A stretch of 64,000 nt of DNA, taken from the human T2T-CHM13v2.0 reference genome, Homo sapiens. The DNA lies in the NCBI RefSeq assembly GCF_009914755.1, contig NC_060948.1; one strand, given 5' to 3'. The notes under the pieces are model-generated. The model was given only the letters and a program-made list of their open reading frames with translations. It made no database searches and had not been told where the DNA came from. Shown in pieces: positions 59,964-64,000 of the stretch (within the stretch, counting starts at the first letter, position 1; every line of letters starts with the position of its first letter). Made by a program: the position numbers and the translations under genes.

Positions 59964-61480
59964 CAGTCATGTGCCAATGACTAAGTTCAATGATTGGAAT
60001 ATATACAATGGAGGTCTCATAAGATTATAATGCAACTAAAAAATTCCTATTGTTTAGTGATGCCATAGCGGCTCTGAGGTAGCATCGCATCCCTCAAGTT
60101 TTTGTGGTGACACTGGTGTAAACAACTGATTGCACTGCCAATTGTTTGAGTCTAGCATACATATTACATACATACAATACATAATTCTTATTAATGATAA
60201 CAACCATCCATGTACTGGTATGTACTGTACTGACTATACTGTATTTTCACTATTATTTAGCATATACTCCTACTCTTTACAAAAAAAAAAAGTTAAGTAT
60301 AAGACATATCAGGAGATATTCCAGTACAGGAAATATTTCAGTAGGAGGCATTGTTAACATAGGAGGTGACCCCTGCATGTGTGTTACTGCCCTGTAGACC
60401 ATCCAGTGGAACAAGATGTGGAGGGGGTGACAATAATATTGAAGACCCTGTCTCTGCATAATACAAGGCTAATGTGTGTGCTCATGCTTTATATTTTAAA
60501 AAATGATTTACATGGAAAAAATTAAGTAACCATTATAAGAGCAGATACAAGCTTATATTATTGAATATAAAATTAATGTTTATTCATCTGTATAATACAT
60601 TTATTTTAACCTAAATTTCATTTAAAGAGGGTCAAGCATGGGCATGGTGGCTCACACCCACAGTCCCAGCACTTTGGGAGGTTGAGGTGAGGAATGCTTG
60701 TGCATAGGTATTCAAGAACAACTTGGGAAGCAGGGCAAGGTCCTATTTATACAAAAACTATAATAATTAGCCAGTGTAATTACAGTGACTGTAATTCCAG
60801 CTACTAGGGAGGCTGAATCTGGTAGGTTGAGGTAGCAGTGGGTTATGACTGCATCTCTGTACTGCAGCTTGGGTGACAAAGTGAGACTTTACCTTAAAAA
60901 CAAAACAAAACAAAAACCCTAAATAAAATTTTTAAAAAGAAAAAATAAAATTTAAAAAATCTAAACTTTAAACAAAAATTAAAAGTTTGTAAAGTAAAAA
61001 GTTACAGTAGCAGAGGTTCATTTACTATTAAAGAAAGGTAGTTTTAATAAATGTATATATTCTAAGCATACAATATTTATGTCATAGTAGTTTACACTAA
61101 TGTCCTTGGCCTTTATATTAATTTGCCAATTATTGACTCATCCAGAACAATTTTCAGTCCTAAAATCTGCATTTTAGGACATGCATTTAAGTATGTTCCC
61201 TAAACAGTTATACCACATTGTACTCCTTCCAAAATATTTTTAGTATACCTTTTCAGTATTTCATATGTTTAGATAATAAATACCATTGTGTTATAACTGC
61301 CTACAATATTTAGTATAGTAACCTGCTATGTAAGTTTATAGTCTACAAATCTATACCATATAGTGTGGTATACCATGTAGTGCAAGGTATCCTGTCTTGT
61401 TTGTGAATGTACTCTAAAATGTTCAGCCAATTACAGAATTGCTCCACAATGCATTCAAGTCATTAATTGATGCTTGAGTG
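59964..61480. mobile_element. Tigger3 (Tigger3b/MER7-type) DNA transposon
   Basis: Degenerate TIRs cagtcatgtg... and ...tgcttgagtg flanked by TA; internal cataagattataatg...aaaaattcctat and catccagtggaacaagatgtggag. Confidence 0.9.
60635..60917 (+). mobile_element. AluJ inside Tigger3
   Basis: Highly diverged dimeric Alu with a (CAAAA)n tail. Confidence 0.85.
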
Positions 61481-62239
61481 TATTTTTAACTAGCCTGAAT
61501 TGGTAGAAATGTGAGTGAGAGAATTTTGTCTTACTTCTTCCCTTAGCGCACACACTTGCTGTAAATTCGGGGAAGTTAATTTGTCATATTATCCCTTCTG
61601 TGATCATTTCTCATTGATGTAGTATAAAGAAATAGAGAATGTGGAAGGACCTATCAAAGGAACATGATGCAACCACACTTGAAATACAATATCAACAGAT
61701 GTGGTTCCTCCTCCAGCAGCACAGTATAAAACATGTTGCCTTGTCTTCTTTGACAGAAACATGAATTTAATATTTACCAACTGTAGTCAGTGGTCAGTCA
61801 TGAACACTAGCACTACTTCCAGACACCCATCCACTTTCTATTTATTTTGGAAGCAATCTGCATTTTACACTTATATTGCATATGCAATTCCATGGCTATG
61901 CTTGGTACTTACTGAATTTGTTGCAAACCTCGTTGAAAAGGAAATGGTGATAACATGCACTAGCTCAAGTATAGAGTGGAGATGCTTTATTCTGCTCATC
62001 TTTTTACTACATTATTTCCAACCTCTTCTCGTGCTCTTGACTTTAAAGGCAGCAGAGTAGTTCTTTTGGAAATTGTACTACTTGATTAAAAAAAAAATAG
62101 GATGCAGAGTATTGCCACCTAACCTGGATTTCCTCGGTTATACTGTGTTTCCTAGTTTATCCTTGTTCTTAACTCCAGTTTCTAATATTAGATATCTGCC
62201 TCTCTACCAAGTGGAGTATTAGAATCTCAAGAAGCTTCT

Positions 62240-63290
62240 CTAGGCCACAGGTTATATGCCATTGGACTTTATTGACTTCCTCTGAGTACAGAGTTAAAGG
62301 CTGTTATGAAATAGACCATAGTTTAGGTACAAGGTAGTACTCAGTTCAATATGATATTTGTGGACATTTAGAAAACAAAAGGTTGTGATACAAAACGAGT
62401 TAGTGGGTTCAGCGCACCAGCATGGCACATGTATACATATGTAACTAACCTGCACAATGTGCACATGTAACCTAAAACTTAAAGTATAATTTAAAAAAAA
62501 AGTCAGAGTTATTGTTTCTGATGCACAGGCTAGTTCTGTCTTCCCTTTACATAACTATGGTGGTATCTGCAAAGGAAAAATGTTGAAAGTCTGGGAGACA
62601 TATGGTTGTATGATCTCATGCTAAATATGCTTAGAAAAGAGTCTAGCCCATGTATAGCACAGTCCCTGTATCTAACTCTACTTGCTACGCAAATAGTATG
62701 GAAACAAGTTATTTCTTTTTCTAGAATGGTATCTTCTGGCATTTTTGAGCAGTGTCACTGTAGATCCCTGAGAAACTGGTACAGCAAAGAGTGAGTAAGG
62801 CCAGATAACATGTTATTAAATATTACAATGTATCTCTCTGGCCTAGTGTCATACCTGGAACCATTCACATCACATAAAATAAAAAAGCCAGATTTTGGCT
62901 GTGTATTGTTTTTCACCACTCTCCTGTTCATTACCTTTCATCTTATATACCTAAATATATTCTGGCTTTTGTTCCTAAAAAATTTTGAGACTATGGCCTC
63001 CTGCTTCTGCTCCGGCAGAGTGTGGCCATCATTCACACTTTAGACTATCTGCTGTTTTAATAGAACTGTGTATGGGATGAAAATTTTAGAAGGTAAACCA
63101 GTCTGCACTGGAACTTCTTTATTACATACCACAGAAGGCATCTTTACTGACTTGTCCACATGCTCAGTGTAGTGAGTATGAGTGGATTATTTTAATCCAC
63201 TCCTCTAGGTCACTTGGAAAAAGGACATTGTCTGTCTGGTTTTGGCACCAAAGTCTCTTATGTGTAAGTCTTGGTGTGACTCTTTGCCAA
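62240..63290 (-). pseudogene. Candidate decayed coding segment, copy 2 (block A)
   Basis: Paralog of 4060-4491 plus 10633-11200. ORF 62530-62742 peptide EDTILEKEITCFHTICVASRV aligns without gaps to SDAILRKHVSVFHIVIIGSRI read across the emptied L1PA5 site. Confidence 0.45.
62395..62501 (+). mobile_element. About 100-bp L1PA2 3' terminal insertion
   Basis: acgagttagtggg..cagcgcaccagc..ctgcacaatgtgcac..aaacttaaagtataat plus A tail; no clear long TSD. Confidence 0.92.
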
Positions 63291-63319
63291 GAAGCTCAGT
63301 GCCTCATCCCAATGCTGCT

Positions 63320-64000
63320 TTATGTGTTGTACGTGTGCAAATGTGACTCATATACAGTAGTAGAAAGAAGCAAAAAACAAAGTGAAACCCCATGAAATCC
63401 ATGTGGACTTTGACACTACTGCAGTACAACTGCATTAATGTGATTGGTAGTGCACCAAGAAGCAGTACAAATAGGTAAAAGCTCTATTCAACTCTGTTGT
63501 AACTACTTAAACATCCACACGTAAATGAAAGGGCATAGCTATGCTTTAATACATATTATTATGGTCACTTAAATTTGAATTTAATGAAAATGTTTATGTG
63601 ACCATTTTTTTAGTGATTTATAGTTGTAAAGAAATAATCTTATTTCTTTGATTGTATAAAAACAGGTAGACGGTGGCTAGCTACAGGCCAAAATTTCTCA
63701 ACCCCTTGTCTGAGGAATCAATAAAGAAAGACATAATTATATTTCAATAAATATCTGTTTCACAATTCTGTATTTCTTTTGCCTCTGTACTTTGTGCTTT
63801 AGTTGTTAAAGTCTTATAAAACAACTAAATAGGTTTGTCTTTCTGTGTTTTTTTGGAAATTTCTCTTTACCCTCTTCCTTTAATAACTAAACCTTGTTTC
63901 TCCTCCAGTTTTCCAAATGATGATAATCACTTGATGTCAATATAAATGTTTTATTTGTCTTTCAATATTTTATCTCATATAATTTTTCCTTATCTCTATA
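63320..64000 (+). repeat. Block B copy 3, directly following block A and running off the window end
   Basis: Matches 55790-56030 and 41870-42080 (ttttggaa..ttct...accct.ttc.ttaataact; cagttttc...atgatgataa). Confidence 0.75.

Overview
Gene-poor, AT-rich human genomic DNA. A human-specific pre-Ta L1HS is present, and more than half the window is L1 with few Alus, which fits an X-like or other L1-dense region; the chromosome cannot be read from the sequence. No intact protein-coding gene, RNA gene or CRISPR array is supported. The window is a layered set of retroelements: THE1A, a MER50-like LTR, a HUERS-P-type and a MER4-group ERV1, a solo LTR12, two full-length L1PA4/5, two twin-primed 5'-inverted L1s, old L1M pieces, five Alus and Tigger3. 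Three things stand out. (1) Diverged, same-orientation copies of a multi-kb non-transposon unit, one split by an L1PA5, whose minus-strand translations align with conservative substitutions; this is a candidate decayed tandem gene family I cannot name. (2) A pre-Ta L1 with a 21-nt 3' transduction, a 68-bp duplicated inversion junction and four clustered mismatches. (3) Several locally templated insertion or fold-back scars, including an 89-bp near-perfect copy that replaced part of an LTR. Subfamily names come from recalled consensus diagnostics and alignments were done by eye, so all need RepeatMasker/BLAST confirmation.
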